A stretch of 63,104 bases of DNA, counting the filler, from Globobulimina sp. (taxonomy: Eukaryota), in the NCBI GenBank assembly GCA_003354225.1. It is 15 parts of 15 records of this genome, joined end to end, with 100 filler letters (N's around TTAATTAATTAA, not from the genome) between each part and the next. Parts side by side here need not be neighbours in the genome. Positions count along the whole stretch, not along the records: positions 21,085 to 25,200 come from PIVH01001592.1; positions 25,301 to 29,416 come from PIVH01001593.1; positions 29,517 to 33,630 come from PIVH01001594.1; positions 33,731 to 37,843 come from PIVH01001595.1; 11 more parts are not named here. One strand, given 5' to 3'. The notes below the pieces were generated by a model that searched no databases, was not told the origin of the DNA, and worked only from the letters and a program-made list of their open reading frames with translations. Every line of letters starts with the position of its first letter. The first letter of the stretch is position 1. Positions 23,261 through 35,412 of this stretch are shown here, in pieces. Both the position numbers and the translations under genes were made by a program.

Positions 23261-25200
23261 ATGGTGGCGTTCCTATTGGTCTTGCTTTGCATATTTAAGC
23301 ACGCACACTCGCAAGGTTGAGTTCATTCCCTAATCGATATAAACTAATCACTATCTAAATCAATGACAAAAAGACGTTTGTTTTTGGGGTCGATCGAATA
23401 CTAATAATTCTAATACGTTTATGAATGGGCAATTTGTGCAAGCTGGAACATATGATTCTCGACCATATTATACATTGACAGCAGGGGCAGGATGTCCTGG
23501 TCCTGTGTATCTATGGTATCGCTCTCCTGTAACCGATTGGTATATAACATTAGCTGTTCCTGGCGGCTCACAATATTATGCTCGCTGTGATAGCTCAAAT
23601 GCTGATATCGAGGCAGGATGTGGGCCTGGAATGTGGCAGTTTGCAGGAGGAGGCCCTTTAGATCCTAATACTTTTACCTTTTATGGTTCATGTCCAGGTA
23701 TGATATCACATACATACATCCACGTAAATGTGTCACAAATATGCCTAATATAGAATGGGATTGCGATTTAGTACGTATCACCACTGTAGGAAATAGCTGC
23801 AATCACGATTATTCTGTTAAAATCGGTACAAATGCATGGAGTAACTCTGCAGGAGATCGATTTTGGTGGTTTGATCCTATATTCTTTAATTGGCGTTGTG
23901 CCCAGACCCATTGCACGGATTGTCCCGGCTGTTCAAATTATGCGTATACAGTCGGTGGATGGATAGATAATACAGAGGGAAGCAGCGCAAATTTAGATTT
24001 TACGTATCCTGCACTCACACCTACTATACGACCTGTACAATGTGTTAATGTCCCAACTGCAACTCCGACGCCTGGACCTACCAAGCAACCTACACCTGGG
24101 CCGACACCACCGCCTACAAAAAGCCCTACTAAACAACCAACACCGGCACCAACAACAAAATCACCCACCAACCAACCAACAAAATCGCCCACCAATCAAC
24201 CAACAACTCGCCCAACTCGTATACCTTCAAAATCACCAACCAAACGACCCACAACAAACCCTAGCAAGCAGCCCACCAATCCGCCCACCAAAGCTCCGAG
24301 CAAACAACCAACTGCGACACCTACACCCGCTCCAACTGCTGATCCATCCAAAACACCCACTAAATCACCATCACCACAGCCAACTAAGAGCCCCGTCGTT
24401 CCTGGTAATACATATATATATATATATAATACAAAAACATTTATAAAAACACACCACATACACAGGCTCTCCTACAAAGGCACCGAGTATTTCAACACCA
24501 TCTCCATCCGATAATCCCTCCACAGCACCAACAAAAATGCCATCGACACCACCTACTTCATCCCCATCTAAATATCCTTCCACAACACCCACCAAAATGC
24601 CATCAACACCACCTACTGCATCGCCATCAAAAAACCCCTCTACCGCGCCATCAAATTATCCAAGTATCCCTCCATCAAAGAACCCATCCTTCTCACCATC
24701 AAAAACACCTTCTTCCTCTCCCTCAAAGCATCCAGCTAACACACCATCAAATGATCCCAGTATCGCTCCATCCAAAACACCCAGTACTGATCCATCCATT
24801 GCACCCACTACAATGCCTTCCATTACACCTACGTCTCATCCAACAGTACAACCAACCCCCGCACCCACTGAGGTTAGCTTCAATGTAATTGCTCAATGGT
24901 CTGCTAATTATTTATCCATAAATATCAACGTAATGAATAACGATTTTGGTATCGAAAACATCCAATTACGATACAATGGCTTACAAACGTTTTCATCAAA
25001 AACAAATTGCGGACTCTATTTTGATGATGCAACGTTAGATATTATTGGTCAGTCCAGTACCTGTTCGTGGATTGTCAATCCTGCAGATGCTACAAATACG
25101 GATGATATTGTCATCCATTTAATATATTCATCCATTAATCCGCCACAAGTAAATCTAACCTCATCGTTGACTCTGCGTGCGGGCGCCTTTGAATATCGAT
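23261..25200 (+). CDS. Secreted Cys-rich protein with a long Pro/Thr/Ser-rich (PTxxP, PSxxP) stalk, 3'-partial
   Basis: Signal peptide MVAFLLVLLCIFKHAHS. Intron 23316-23373 and further short introns join the ORFs at 23421, 23690 and 24537. Confidence 0.85.
24050..24870 (+). repeat. Coding tetrapeptide-period PT/PS repeat tract
   Basis: PTKSPTNQPTKSP... and PSKNPSTAPSNYPS... Confidence 0.9.
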
Positions 25201-25300
25201 NNNNNNNNNNNNNNNNNNNNNNNNNNNNNNNNNNNNNNNNNNNNTTAATTAATTAANNNNNNNNNNNNNNNNNNNNNNNNNNNNNNNNNNNNNNNNNNNN

Positions 25301-26538
25301 TTAATTATATCTTTACCACCTTCAATGTTATTCATATTCAAACAAGCTTTCAATGCTAACATATTTATGGTGTCATTGGTTAATCCATTTTCATTTTCAT
25401 TTGCTTGTTGATAAATAGACAGTGCATCTTCATTACAACCATTATGAATGCAACATTTCATCATTGAACCAATACAAACTGTAGATATTTGATAATGCTT
25501 TGATATAAATCTAAATACATTGAACGCAGATTGAATATCACTAATCTCACCATAAAAATCAATGACTGTTGTCAGCAATTCAAGCGAATGTGTTTTAGAA
25601 CTTTTATTTTCATAATCAATATCTAAATCAATTATTGTTTTACCAAATTCAATATTTTTATTCTTTATACATGCTTTCAAACAAAGTAAATGCGACACAT
25701 CATCCAAACCAATTGCTGCATATGTTTTGCTTTGTTGATAAATATTTAAACATTTATCATTAATATTATTTTTCAAATAGCAGGTCATCATTGCATTTAT
25801 ATTTACTACATTCAGTTTATGCTTAGATATGGAATAAAATACACATTCTGCCTTGTCAATATCATTGCATTCGCTGTAAAAATCAATTAATGTATTAAGC
25901 AGTTCTGAGCTGTGCTTTTCATTCATAAAATCTATATGTTTTTGTATCACTTTATTTCCAAACTCATAGTCATAAATATGTTGACAAGATTTAAGCAGTA
26001 ATAAGTTAGTAACATCATTATGAAATGAGTAATTATCACATTTATCATATTTTTTATATAATGATATTGCATTCCGATATTGTTTATTATTTATAAATGC
26101 TGACATTAAGGAACCGACACATCCAACATTGATTCTCCTCTGTGTTTGTAGACAATTAAATGTTTTCACAGCACTGTTTATGTCAAAACATAGACCATTT
26201 GCATGAATATATAGACAATAAACATGTATGTCATCTTTTAATTGACTGTTGTTTATTAAGATTTGCTGTAAGATTTGAATACATTGTTTTATCTCCGATA
26301 ATGTTAAATTTTTACTTTTCAATGCATTGGAACAGCATTTTACAAGTAATCCATGGGAAATATTGCTGATATTTATATTATTATTTGTGTTGATTATATC
26401 TTGCCAAATTATAAATATTTTATATGGATTATGTGCAGTGCATACTTTTAATAATTTATTAATTGAATAATGATTCTTTGTTTCACTGATTTTGTTATAC
26501 AGATTGAAGGCAGTTTCACATGAATCGATATTTTTCAT
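25301..26538 (-). CDS. Pentatricopeptide-repeat (PPR) protein, 3'-partial
   Basis: About 35-aa helical repeats: LLNTLIDFYSEC.DI..A..VF, INAMMTCY, LCLKAC. Confidence 0.85.
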
Positions 26539-26998
26539 TATTTGTACGTACTGATAATTGGTTATTCTGTCAAGCTAGTTATTGAATGTGATCAATGGTT
26601 AAACATTATTGGTAACGAAATTATTTTCCGGAAAATTCATACAGTTAATATTGAACCAACAGAATGTAAACATTGCTTCAGCACCAGAATATTTACAGTA
26701 CAATCTATTGAAAAGCACCGATTATACTTTATTTTAACAAACATGTTTCTAAACTTTCTTTTTAGGTTTGAAAATCGTTTGATTTTTGCATTTATGTACT
26801 TTAGTTCAAACGCATTGGGGAATATCAAATACAATCATATTAAGTCTATAAATTTCAATGTAAATAATAGCTAGTAAAACACAATGAAAAATATTGTTTA
26901 AAGAGTAAATAAATGGATACCAAAACTTGTGTGAGAAGAAAAAAAACAAAAAAAAAAATATGCCCCCACAAAACACACACAAAGCATTATAATGTTAA

Positions 26999-29416
26999 TT
27001 ATTCAGATGCAGATTCTTCGACATATTCAACTGATCCAGATTCAGATTCAGAGCTTGTAGCATCTTCCTCTCTTTTGCTGGATGCTTTTGCTCTGCCACG
27101 TCCTCGTCCTCTCCCTCTCCCTCTCCCCCTTCCTATTCCTCCCCCTCTTTTACTTGTTTTATTTGCTTTATTTGTTGCTTTCTTTCTTCCTCTTCCCCGG
27201 CCCCGTCCTCTTTTAATTGGAGGCTCACTCTCTGACTTTTCTTGAGAGGATGTGTCCTCTTCTTCTTCTTGAGATGATTCAGATGTTTGTCTCTTTCTTT
27301 TCCTTCGTGGGCCCTCATCACTGTCTGATTCTAATACCATATCAATATCGTCATCCTCATCTGACTCAGTCTCACTATCACGATATGATATTTTCCTTTT
27401 TTTTGACTTTCTTTGTTTCTTTTTTTTATTTTTATTATTTTTATTTTTATTTTTATATTTTAACAATTTATCATTCCCTCTCTCATCGGCATCATTATCA
27501 TTTTTCCGATTCAAATGCATTTGTTGTAAGAAATTGCACCACGAATCAAAGGTTTCTTTGTATTGCTGACTCACATGTTTTTTGCATTTATTTTGGATTT
27601 CTTTAAAATATGAAAATATCTCCTGATCAAACAATTTATCCTTATATTTTTTCACCAACTCCTCATCACAGATCTTTTTAATTAACCGTTCCGACGAATA
27701 ATTGATTAGACCCAAACAATAAGAAATATATCGCCATGCCTTAATATCTTGCGATGAATTGTACCGATTGCATAGTTTCTCAATCAAATTCTCTTTCTGC
27801 TTATCGCGTGTTATAAATGGTAGTAAAAACTTCATTATATATTTAAACGTCGCTTGCGAGACATTCTCATTATTACTTAGCCTCGAAATCGTATCCGGTA
27901 AGATGTTATAAATCGGGTTCTTTCCTTTTTTGCTCAATTCCTGGAAAAATAATCTCGCCAAATCCGATATGGCTGAGATTGGGTCTTCTAACAACAACGC
28001 AATCTCAGATATCGAATCTCGAACTTTTATCATATCATTCAATATCAAATGGGTCAAGACCATCAACGTGTTTTTGCGAACAATCACATTGGTATCTCGC
28101 AGATTTTTATAAATAAACAAGGACCATTCATCCAATTCATTGGGAAATCGAAAGGCCATATCGCCCAAAGCAATGATTATATTTGCTCGGATGGAGGGAT
28201 CCTTATGTTTCTCTAATAAGGTGAATAATATTTGTAAATTATTCTCACAGAATCTAGACGAGATACACATATATTTGGTGAAGGCCAACACCGCCGACGA
28301 CTGCAATATGGTGCAATTATATTGTTGCGGATCACCAATGATATGCAATATTATCGGCGTGAATTTGCCCAATAAACTATCATTGTCTACGATGGATATT
28401 TCTGCTCTGTTCTTCATTTGTTCAATTTCGTAATCTTCCACGCCGCAGCCACCCATTGCTTCATTTATTTCATAGTCTGTATCTTCATCGCCAGCACCCT
28501 CACCTTCAGCATCCACATTCTCTTTCTTCTTATTCTTTTCTTTATCTTTCAATTTCTTTAGTTCCGTCTCTTTCAATTCAATATACACCAATAATTTTAT
28601 AGCGGTGTTGCCCAAAATAAATAAAAACTTGGCTAAATCATATCGTTTATAAAAAATACCATTCTCATTGTTCTCGTCATTCTCTTCGTGGCTTTCATTC
28701 GCTTCTTCTTCTTTATCTTTATTAAATAAATTGATGGCAACGGTTTTGATAATGTTTTGGATGAATAAATCCGGTCTTTCACACAAATGATAACTAAATA
28801 ATAAGTTTATGGCTTCTTGGCAGGTGGCAAACCAATGTTTACTTTGTACGACTCCACCACGTAAAATATAACTAATATAGGATAAAATGCGTGATTTCAT
28901 TTCGTTATTTACAGACTGAGCATCCCCATTAAATACCACACTCAATGCCATACAGCCACTTCTAGCCATACCCGCATCTCCTTTGGCAATCTCACCAAAT
29001 GCTATATTCACAATGGACTCAATCTTGCTTAAAAGTATACTTTTTTTAGCTGCGCCAGCCATACGCAATATATCTAATGCGCCTCTACGTTGCGCCACGG
29101 TCACATCGCGCAATTTCCCTTCAAATATCCACCACAGCGCAGAATATACACGATTGGGTATGGTAACATCGGTATTATTATTGCGCTCCGATGCATTTCT
29201 ATCACCATTTAATACTAATAAACGGATTAATTCCTCAATACAGGTAATATCCGCTAACGTAGCGCCATTGGTTAATTTGATTAAATTGATGGCAATTTTC
29301 ATGCATTGCTCGGATTGCTGATCATCATCCATCCCATTATCATCATCATCCATATCTTGCTCTGTGAATTGTATATATTTATAATGATAAGCTTTCAATA
29401 CATTAAAAGTGATCTG
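26999..29416 (-). CDS. NCAPD2: Condensin I subunit CAP-D2 (Cnd1), C-terminal part
   Basis: IRANIIIALGDMAFRFPN, VRKNTLMVLTHLILNDMIKV and NPIYNILPDTISRL; acidic and RG-rich tail. Confidence 0.95.
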   Translation of the reverse strand, partial: QITFNVLKAYHYKYIQFTEQDMDDDDNGMDDDQQSEQCMKIAINLIKLTNGATLADITCIEELIRLLVLNGDRNASERNNNTDVTIPNRVYSALWWIFEGKLRDVTVAQRRGALDILRMAGAAKKSILLSKIESIVNIAFGEIAKGDAGMARSGCMALSVVFNGDAQSVNNEMKSRILSYISYILRGGVVQSKHWFATCQEAINLLFSYHLCERPDLFIQNIIKTVAINLFNKDKEEEANESHEENDENNENGIFYKRYDLAKFLFILGNTAIKLLVYIELKETELKKLKDKEKNKKKENVDAEGEGAGDEDTDYEINEAMGGCGVEDYEIEQMKNRAEISIVDNDSLLGKFTPIILHIIGDPQQYNCTILQSSAVLAFTKYMCISSRFCENNLQILFTLLEKHKDPSIRANIIIALGDMAFRFPNELDEWSLFIYKNLRDTNVIVRKNTLMVLTHLILNDMIKVRDSISEIALLLEDPISAISDLARLFFQELSKKGKNPIYNILPDTISRLSNNENVSQATFKYIMKFLLPFITRDKQKENLIEKLCNRYNSSQDIKAWRYISYCLGLINYSSERLIKKICDEELVKKYKDKLFDQEIFSYFKEIQNKCKKHVSQQYKETFDSWCNFLQQMHLNRKNDNDADERGNDKLLKYKNKNKNNKNKKKKQRKSKKRKISYRDSETESDEDDDIDMVLESDSDEGPRRKRKRQTSESSQEEEEDTSSQEKSESEPPIKRGRGRGRGRKKATNKANKTSKRGGGIGRGRGRGRGRGRGRAKASSKREEDATSSESESGSVEYVEESASE

Positions 29417-29516
29417 NNNNNNNNNNNNNNNNNNNNNNNNNNNNNNNNNNNNNNNNNNNNTTAATTAATTAANNNNNNNNNNNNNNNNNNNNNNNNNNNN
29501 NNNNNNNNNNNNNNNN

Positions 29517-30390
29517 TCGCAGTGTCCACAGCGGGCAAACTATGTTTGTAAATACATTTATTTCTCCGACTACAATAGCCCCACAGCCAATATTTGCAGA
29601 CCGCATTGGCAGCGCCAACATCGTGGCTAAACATACAATCCAATAACTTACAATCGCCCATTAAATAGTACCGAAGATATCCATTTTGCCATTCCAGGCC
29701 GTTGCTGAGCGTAATGTGGACGTACTCCGCTGTTGATGCGTATATCTGTTTATTTGGTATGATTTCCTTTTGATATGTTTGTACATGTTGAAAATAGAAA
29801 CATTGTATGAACATACCTTCATATCTCGGGCATCGTCACCATTCACGAGGGTGGAGGCTAAATTTATAATAATATTTTGTGTGTTAGTACCAGCATGAAC
29901 TTTGATTCCACGTAGTCCTACATACAAGTAATGGATATCATATGTTTTGTACGTCCATCACAGTCAGCAATTACATTTAGAAAACGTACCTCGGCTTGAC
30001 AGCCCCATATCAAATGTCGCATTGCCGTTGTTAGGTACATAAATGATGGCTTTTTTCATACATTCAGTACCATCTTTACTTGCAATCACATTTATATTGT
30101 TACTATTGGTGGCATATACTGTGAGTGATTGAGCACAGCGTCGCTTATTACAATAAATATTACATTCTCCAGCAGAAGCACAATCGAGTATTTTTGATGC
30201 CAGTCCGTAGGTATAATCACAAATTATGTTGCAGGTTCCAGTTTGTCCAACAGTGCATGTGTAATCGCGATATATGTTTGTAGATACATAAAATGTGGAT
30301 GCTAGGCCTTGTGCTGTATGTAAGCAATCAAAGTCAGATCGAGTATCATAGAATGGATTGTTGACACATACAGTATAGGAAGATGTGTAT
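29517..30390 (-). pseudogene. Exons of a Cys-rich extracellular-type repeat protein, running in frame into a tandem CCCH zinc-finger fragment; no start codon
   Basis: Unannotated frame YTCTVGQTGTCNIICDY...GECNIYCNKRRCA, two introns, then RYYLMGDC..DCMFSH...CKYWLWGYC..CIYKH. Confidence 0.5.
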
Positions 30391-30461
30391 GATTAGAAAT
30401 TGTAAAGTTGGAACATGGTCAAACATGTTCGAGTTTGGTAAAATAAAAAACCGCAAAGAAA

Positions 30462-31499
30462 ATGAGCAAAAGTCGCAAGAGTCGCAGAAGGCGCTCCAGA
30501 AAATCAAAGCAACCTGACCCAATAAGCAGATTTACATTTGATTATGTCAAAGATTTATTGTTAACTGCTTATATTGGAGATATTGCACAAACTTTAGATG
30601 GTGTCATACCAGACGGAATATCACGAATTTGTTCACGATTTTATGGTAGCATAAAACCAAAGAAATTGGATGCTTTAATTCCCCAAATAATGCAATATGT
30701 AATGGAGTTGGATAAGTCGAAAAATGCATTGTGTTCGTGTTGTCGTTATAAAGTGCCGAGTTTAACAGATCATCCTTGTGAGAAAACTCGTCGATTTAGA
30801 TTTAATTCACATTTCCATTCATTACAACCATATATGAAAAAATTATTTTGTAGAAGAATTGTATTGGATAAGAAATATGCTATATATTCAATTAAAATGT
30901 ATGCAAGCAATGAGGAGATATCATTAGAGGAACAATTTGAATATTTGGAATATATATTATTGAAAAGATATAAAACTGTGCATAAAGCGGATTTATCTCA
31001 AATAGATTTGACTGATAATCACATTGTGTATTTCTGCGATATGATTGAAAACATAATAAAATATCACACGCAACGCGTAAAAGCGCAGAAAATTAAAACA
31101 ATTACAATGAGTTTGCATGAACTTAATTTAGCATTAAATCCGAAAATTAGCGATAAAAATATAGCGTTGTTATTGAGAATGATTAGAAAACATTTGCCCA
31201 AAATGAAAGATTTGCTTTTATCATCAACGAAAGTTACAAATAAATCGATAGCAATTATCATGAAATATAATATTGGAAATATGAAGGTGCATTTGACCGA
31301 TTGTAAAGGAGTGACATTGAGAGCACTAAAGAATGAGATTCGTGGCGACTATGAAGATGAAGATGATGCAATTGAAAAATATGTTTATTGTCACAAGTTA
31401 ATATATTTCGCAAATCCACAGGAACGTCGATCTGAATCACGTGGAAACGTCGTTGTGTGGAAACGTAGAAATAAGGCAAAAAAGTGGAAACGTCGTTGA
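30462..31499 (+). CDS. F-box-like motif plus leucine-rich-repeat protein
   Basis: LLLTAYI...IPDGISRICSRFY; LRRs DLSQIDLTD, LNLALNPKISD, LLLSSTKVTN, LTDCKGVT. Confidence 0.75.
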   Translation: MSKSRKSRRRRSRKSKQPDPISRFTFDYVKDLLLTAYIGDIAQTLDGVIPDGISRICSRFYGSIKPKKLDALIPQIMQYVMELDKSKNALCSCCRYKVPSLTDHPCEKTRRFRFNSHFHSLQPYMKKLFCRRIVLDKKYAIYSIKMYASNEEISLEEQFEYLEYILLKRYKTVHKADLSQIDLTDNHIVYFCDMIENIIKYHTQRVKAQKIKTITMSLHELNLALNPKISDKNIALLLRMIRKHLPKMKDLLLSSTKVTNKSIAIIMKYNIGNMKVHLTDCKGVTLRALKNEIRGDYEDEDDAIEKYVYCHKLIYFANPQERRSESRGNVVVWKRRNKAKKWKRR

Positions 31500-31571
31500 T
31501 GACTTTTTTAATAGTTTCAGACATAAAAATAATGCTAAAACCACTCCAGTCCAGTTATTATTTCCGCTGCA

Positions 31572-33180
31572 ATGCTAGTCTTCTTTCTTTTTTTGTTGAA
31601 CACAAAACAAGTATTTTCATCTCCAACCTATTGCAATGAAGAAGAATCACAATTTTATTGCACAATTGCCAGACCGTTAGAAACTGTCAGAAACGTTATC
31701 ACTCAAAACGATCGATATTGATACGAATAGCAGTGTAACTACAACAAATGTATGGCATATCGATACCATAATTTATTTATCAAATGGATTCTGGCAACCT
31801 GGAATCTCAACGTTGCCTTGGTTTCCTTCACCAATCATTTACATTGAGGATAATGGCAAATTAATCATTGAAAATAGTGCAAATATGGAAGTCTCAATAC
31901 GCAGCAACATATTCATTTGTGATGGCGGTGAATTTCGTATCACAAATTCCAAATTTCGAGCTGATATGGATTATGGATTTCAATTTTTTCTATGGGCACA
32001 AGACAATGCTAAATTGACAATTACAGATTCGACTGTTGCTATGGAGAAAGAAAGCATAGATGGTCACTGGTTAAATTATATTCGAATGAATGCAAGTTGC
32101 CACGTTAACAATATGACAGGTATACAAACAGTATATTGCACAATGCATATTTTATATGTACAGTATGCTTGCACTTTGTTGACAGGAATTGATGGAGTAT
32201 GGGAATTTGCAACATTGGATAATGCCACATCTAATGTGTTGAATACATATGCTTTGACAGAAATGTATATATCGCAAAACGCACAATTGTTTGTCGACAA
32301 TATGCAATTAATGGACATATTTTTTGCTTTATGTCCGTCACAGACTCCAATTACATTAGAAAACCTACCTTCGGTCGGTGCAAATATAACATTATCAATT
32401 TCACAAAGCAATGGATTTACATTTGAAGCACGCAATACATTTATATTCGCCTTTGCTTGTGAATTGTATATTGGCTCCAATGTAATCTTCAATAACATCG
32501 CACAAGAATCCAATTTCGCATTAGGATTAAATATCGATATTAAATATCACACAAAATGATTATAATATTACACTGTATGTTGGCACTCCAGCGGTATTTA
32601 CCGGATTTGAGGATATCTATGTTACTGTATTTAATAATGTGTATGTGTTTGCATATATGTTATGGATGAAAAATGTAAATATGCACATTATGCCAGGCAG
32701 TGAAGTAGGCGATATTTATGCCACTGAAAATGCAAATGTATATGGGAAAGAATTGAGACTTATAAATGGAAATAACAGACAACAAAGCAATTCTATGACC
32801 ATGTTGGACGATTCTGAAGTAAATACATTTTCTGTTGTGCTGTCTGGCGGTTTTTTAGTGTTTCGGAATTGTACTTTTCATATACAAATATTAATGATGA
32901 CCATATACAAAATAGAGCTAGGTGGATATTTATGGTTTGTTGATAATATAATATTCAATCATCATATCCTACACATATTTATATAGAAAACAATGGGCAA
33001 TATTTTAATGTGAATGTTACAAATATAGCATATCGGAGCCATATAATTGTAGATGGAGAGAATGGGATTAGTATTATTGGCAATATTGTTGAAAAGAATA
33101 ATAATGCATTCGAGTGTGATATTAAATTGGTGGACAATGTAAATAATAATTGGAATAATTTGCCCATTCGGACTCACATA
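31572..33180 (+). pseudogene. Secreted beta-strand-rich (beta-helix-like) protein pseudogene
   Basis: Signal peptide at ATG 31572. Frame changes near 31710, 32555 and 32980; ends at a GC-rich hairpin cassette. Confidence 0.6.
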
Positions 33181-33192
33181 TTTGTTTTCTTT

Positions 33193-33237
33193 CCTGGCGA
33201 GCGAAGCGAGCCAGGCACGAGCACGAAGTGCGAGTGT
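33193..33237. repeat. Tandem GAA-loop DNA hairpins with G.A mismatches; probable end of a non-autonomous rolling-circle element
   Basis: CCTGGC-GA-GC-GAA-GC-GA-GCCAGG immediately followed by CAC-GA-GCAC-GAA-GTGC-GA-GTG, after a T-rich run. Confidence 0.7.
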
Positions 33238-34218
33238 CCAGTCGGATCACAAAATTTAATCAACAATTAAGTCCCGTGAAAATTTAATAATTGCTAGACA
33301 TGCCAGTGTTGGTTTGGTTGGTCATGATATTCAACACTTTTTTTTACTCAACATTTTCACAGACAAAAACGTCAAATGCGGCATGGTGTTAATTAATTAA
33401 TTATAAAATGGTTTTTATGCTTATTTTATACTAATGGAAATTAATTACGGATAGGTGTTTTGGTTCAAATATCAACCGTCGTTGGCCAAAATACACGTTG
33501 CCGCCTTTAACTGACAGTAACTAGAGTCGAAACTTGGGGTCATGCCTTTTCGTCTCTTTATAACTCAGTGCCTGACCGGTTCCTAATTCGGCTGAGGCTG
33601 TCTCGACAACGTCATTTTATGGATTGATTTNNNNNNNNNNNNNNNNNNNNNNNNNNNNNNNNNNNNNNNNNNNNTTAATTAATTAANNNNNNNNNNNNNN
33701 NNNNNNNNNNNNNNNNNNNNNNNNNNNNNNGAGTGGCCAGTTTGGATTGCATTAATGGAAAAATTGTATTGCATAAATTTGGCACAAATGAAATATGGAT
33801 GGAGTGGAGCAAAGGAGACATTTTAGGGATTGGAGAAATTTATAATGAAAAGAAATCATGGATGGCTAAGAAATTATCAGCGGAACAGTCGATATTTGTC
33901 GGATCAATTCTAAAACCACAAAAGCTTATCGTGAGATGTTAGAGAGATTTATGAATCAAAATAAATCAACTGAAACTTGGTATGCTGGGTTTTGGAACAA
34001 AGTGGAGAAAGTCAGCGAATATATCGCCTCAAATAAGTGAAATGTCCAGTAGCAGACTGTTTTCCTGGTGGAGAACGTTACTGTGCAAGGATAGCTGTCT
34101 GGCTTATATTTTATCATGTGTAAACTAGTCATCTTTCCTTCAAACGTACCAAATAGACGACGAAAAGTCGAAAACAAACAAAAAATAAATAAATACATTG
34201 ACATACACCTCGCCCTAT

Positions 34219-35412
34219 TCATGTTGATCCTCGTCCTCGGTTACTCCACATCTGTTTCTTGTCCTTTTTATTCGGAGCACGTCTCCTCTGATGCCGATGC
34301 GCATGCTTATGTCTTCGATTGTTTCTTCTCCAATGATTGTGTCTTTTACAACAAAACAATGCACCAAATTGTTCTGTCCTTGTCGTTCTGACACATGCTT
34401 TCTCTGTCTCTTTGGTTACTTGTACATAATGCGAGAACCCACCAAAATCATTATGTGCGTCTTTCAAAACCTCCACTTTATATCCAAATTCATCACCAGT
34501 ATATGTGTGTGGAGGCTTTAATATCATTTCATCATGATACTTATTCATTGCATTATTTGCAATCAGAAGTTTGTCACCAGATACTCTACATTTTTTATAC
34601 GATTCTCCACATTTGAAATCCATCTCTTCAGCAGTATCTTGCCAACCATCCACAGCACAAAAATAAAGTGCACCTTCATCAATTGCAATTTTATGCGAAT
34701 TATCAGGACATGGACCCGCCACTACACATTCTGACGGTTCTTGGATGATATCACTATTGGTAAATCTCTCAAATAAATCAGCATACATTTTCAATGAATT
34801 TCCCTCATCATTGTTTTCAAATTGAATAACAGAATCTGAAAGTTGTTGGTTGCGATCTTCACAACAAAAGTATGCTGTAAATGTTGTATTCTCTGGTAAT
34901 AAATCAACGAATGAATTATTGAATACTTTTGCATTGACTTTGTGAACAAATCCAATTGTATCAGTAGGTCTAAATAGGTCATCAGGCCCCAACTTAATGT
35001 CATCATAATCAACCTCAAAATGTTCTTTGCATGCTTGTTTTTCTAAATCGTAATTACACATGTGATAACCTTCATTACAAGACATAGTATTTACATCATC
35101 ATCATAAATGTTCACAATATCATCAACTGCGATGTGCATCATCTCCATGCGGAGACAGAGGTCCACCAGGGAAATTAAATGATTGCCCTCTCGTATCTGA
35201 TTACATGGACTGTGCATATCAATACATAATTTTGGTGCATTTGGCGCTTCGAGTTGGAATGCTGTTGGTGGACAGACGTTATTCTTAGGAAAATACGGTA
35301 TTAATTTATAATCATACATGATGGCACTGTGTTGTTTTCTATTGTTGATATCTGTCTCAGTGCGTTTCTTTTGAATGTGGTTTTGTTGTAATTGTTCTTT
35401 GCAGACCGCCAA
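34219..35412 (-). CDS. Cys-rich acidic hypothetical protein (paralog A)
   Basis: 397-aa ORF sharing motifs with 36225..37031. True start uncertain. Confidence 0.7.
   Translation of the reverse strand: MAVCKEQLQQNHIQKKRTETDINNRKQHSAIMYDYKLIPYFPKNNVCPPTAFQLEAPNAPKLCIDMHSPCNQIREGNHLISLVDLCLRMEMMHIAVDDIVNIYDDDVNTMSCNEGYHMCNYDLEKQACKEHFEVDYDDIKLGPDDLFRPTDTIGFVHKVNAKVFNNSFVDLLPENTTFTAYFCCEDRNQQLSDSVIQFENNDEGNSLKMYADLFERFTNSDIIQEPSECVVAGPCPDNSHKIAIDEGALYFCAVDGWQDTAEEMDFKCGESYKKCRVSGDKLLIANNAMNKYHDEMILKPPHTYTGDEFGYKVEVLKDAHNDFGGFSHYVQVTKETEKACVRTTRTEQFGALFCCKRHNHWRRNNRRHKHAHRHQRRRAPNKKDKKQMWSNRGRGST

Noticed and set aside
23938-24595. Gly/Val-rich minus-strand ORFs
   Set aside because: Reverse complement of the Pro/Thr repeat tract.
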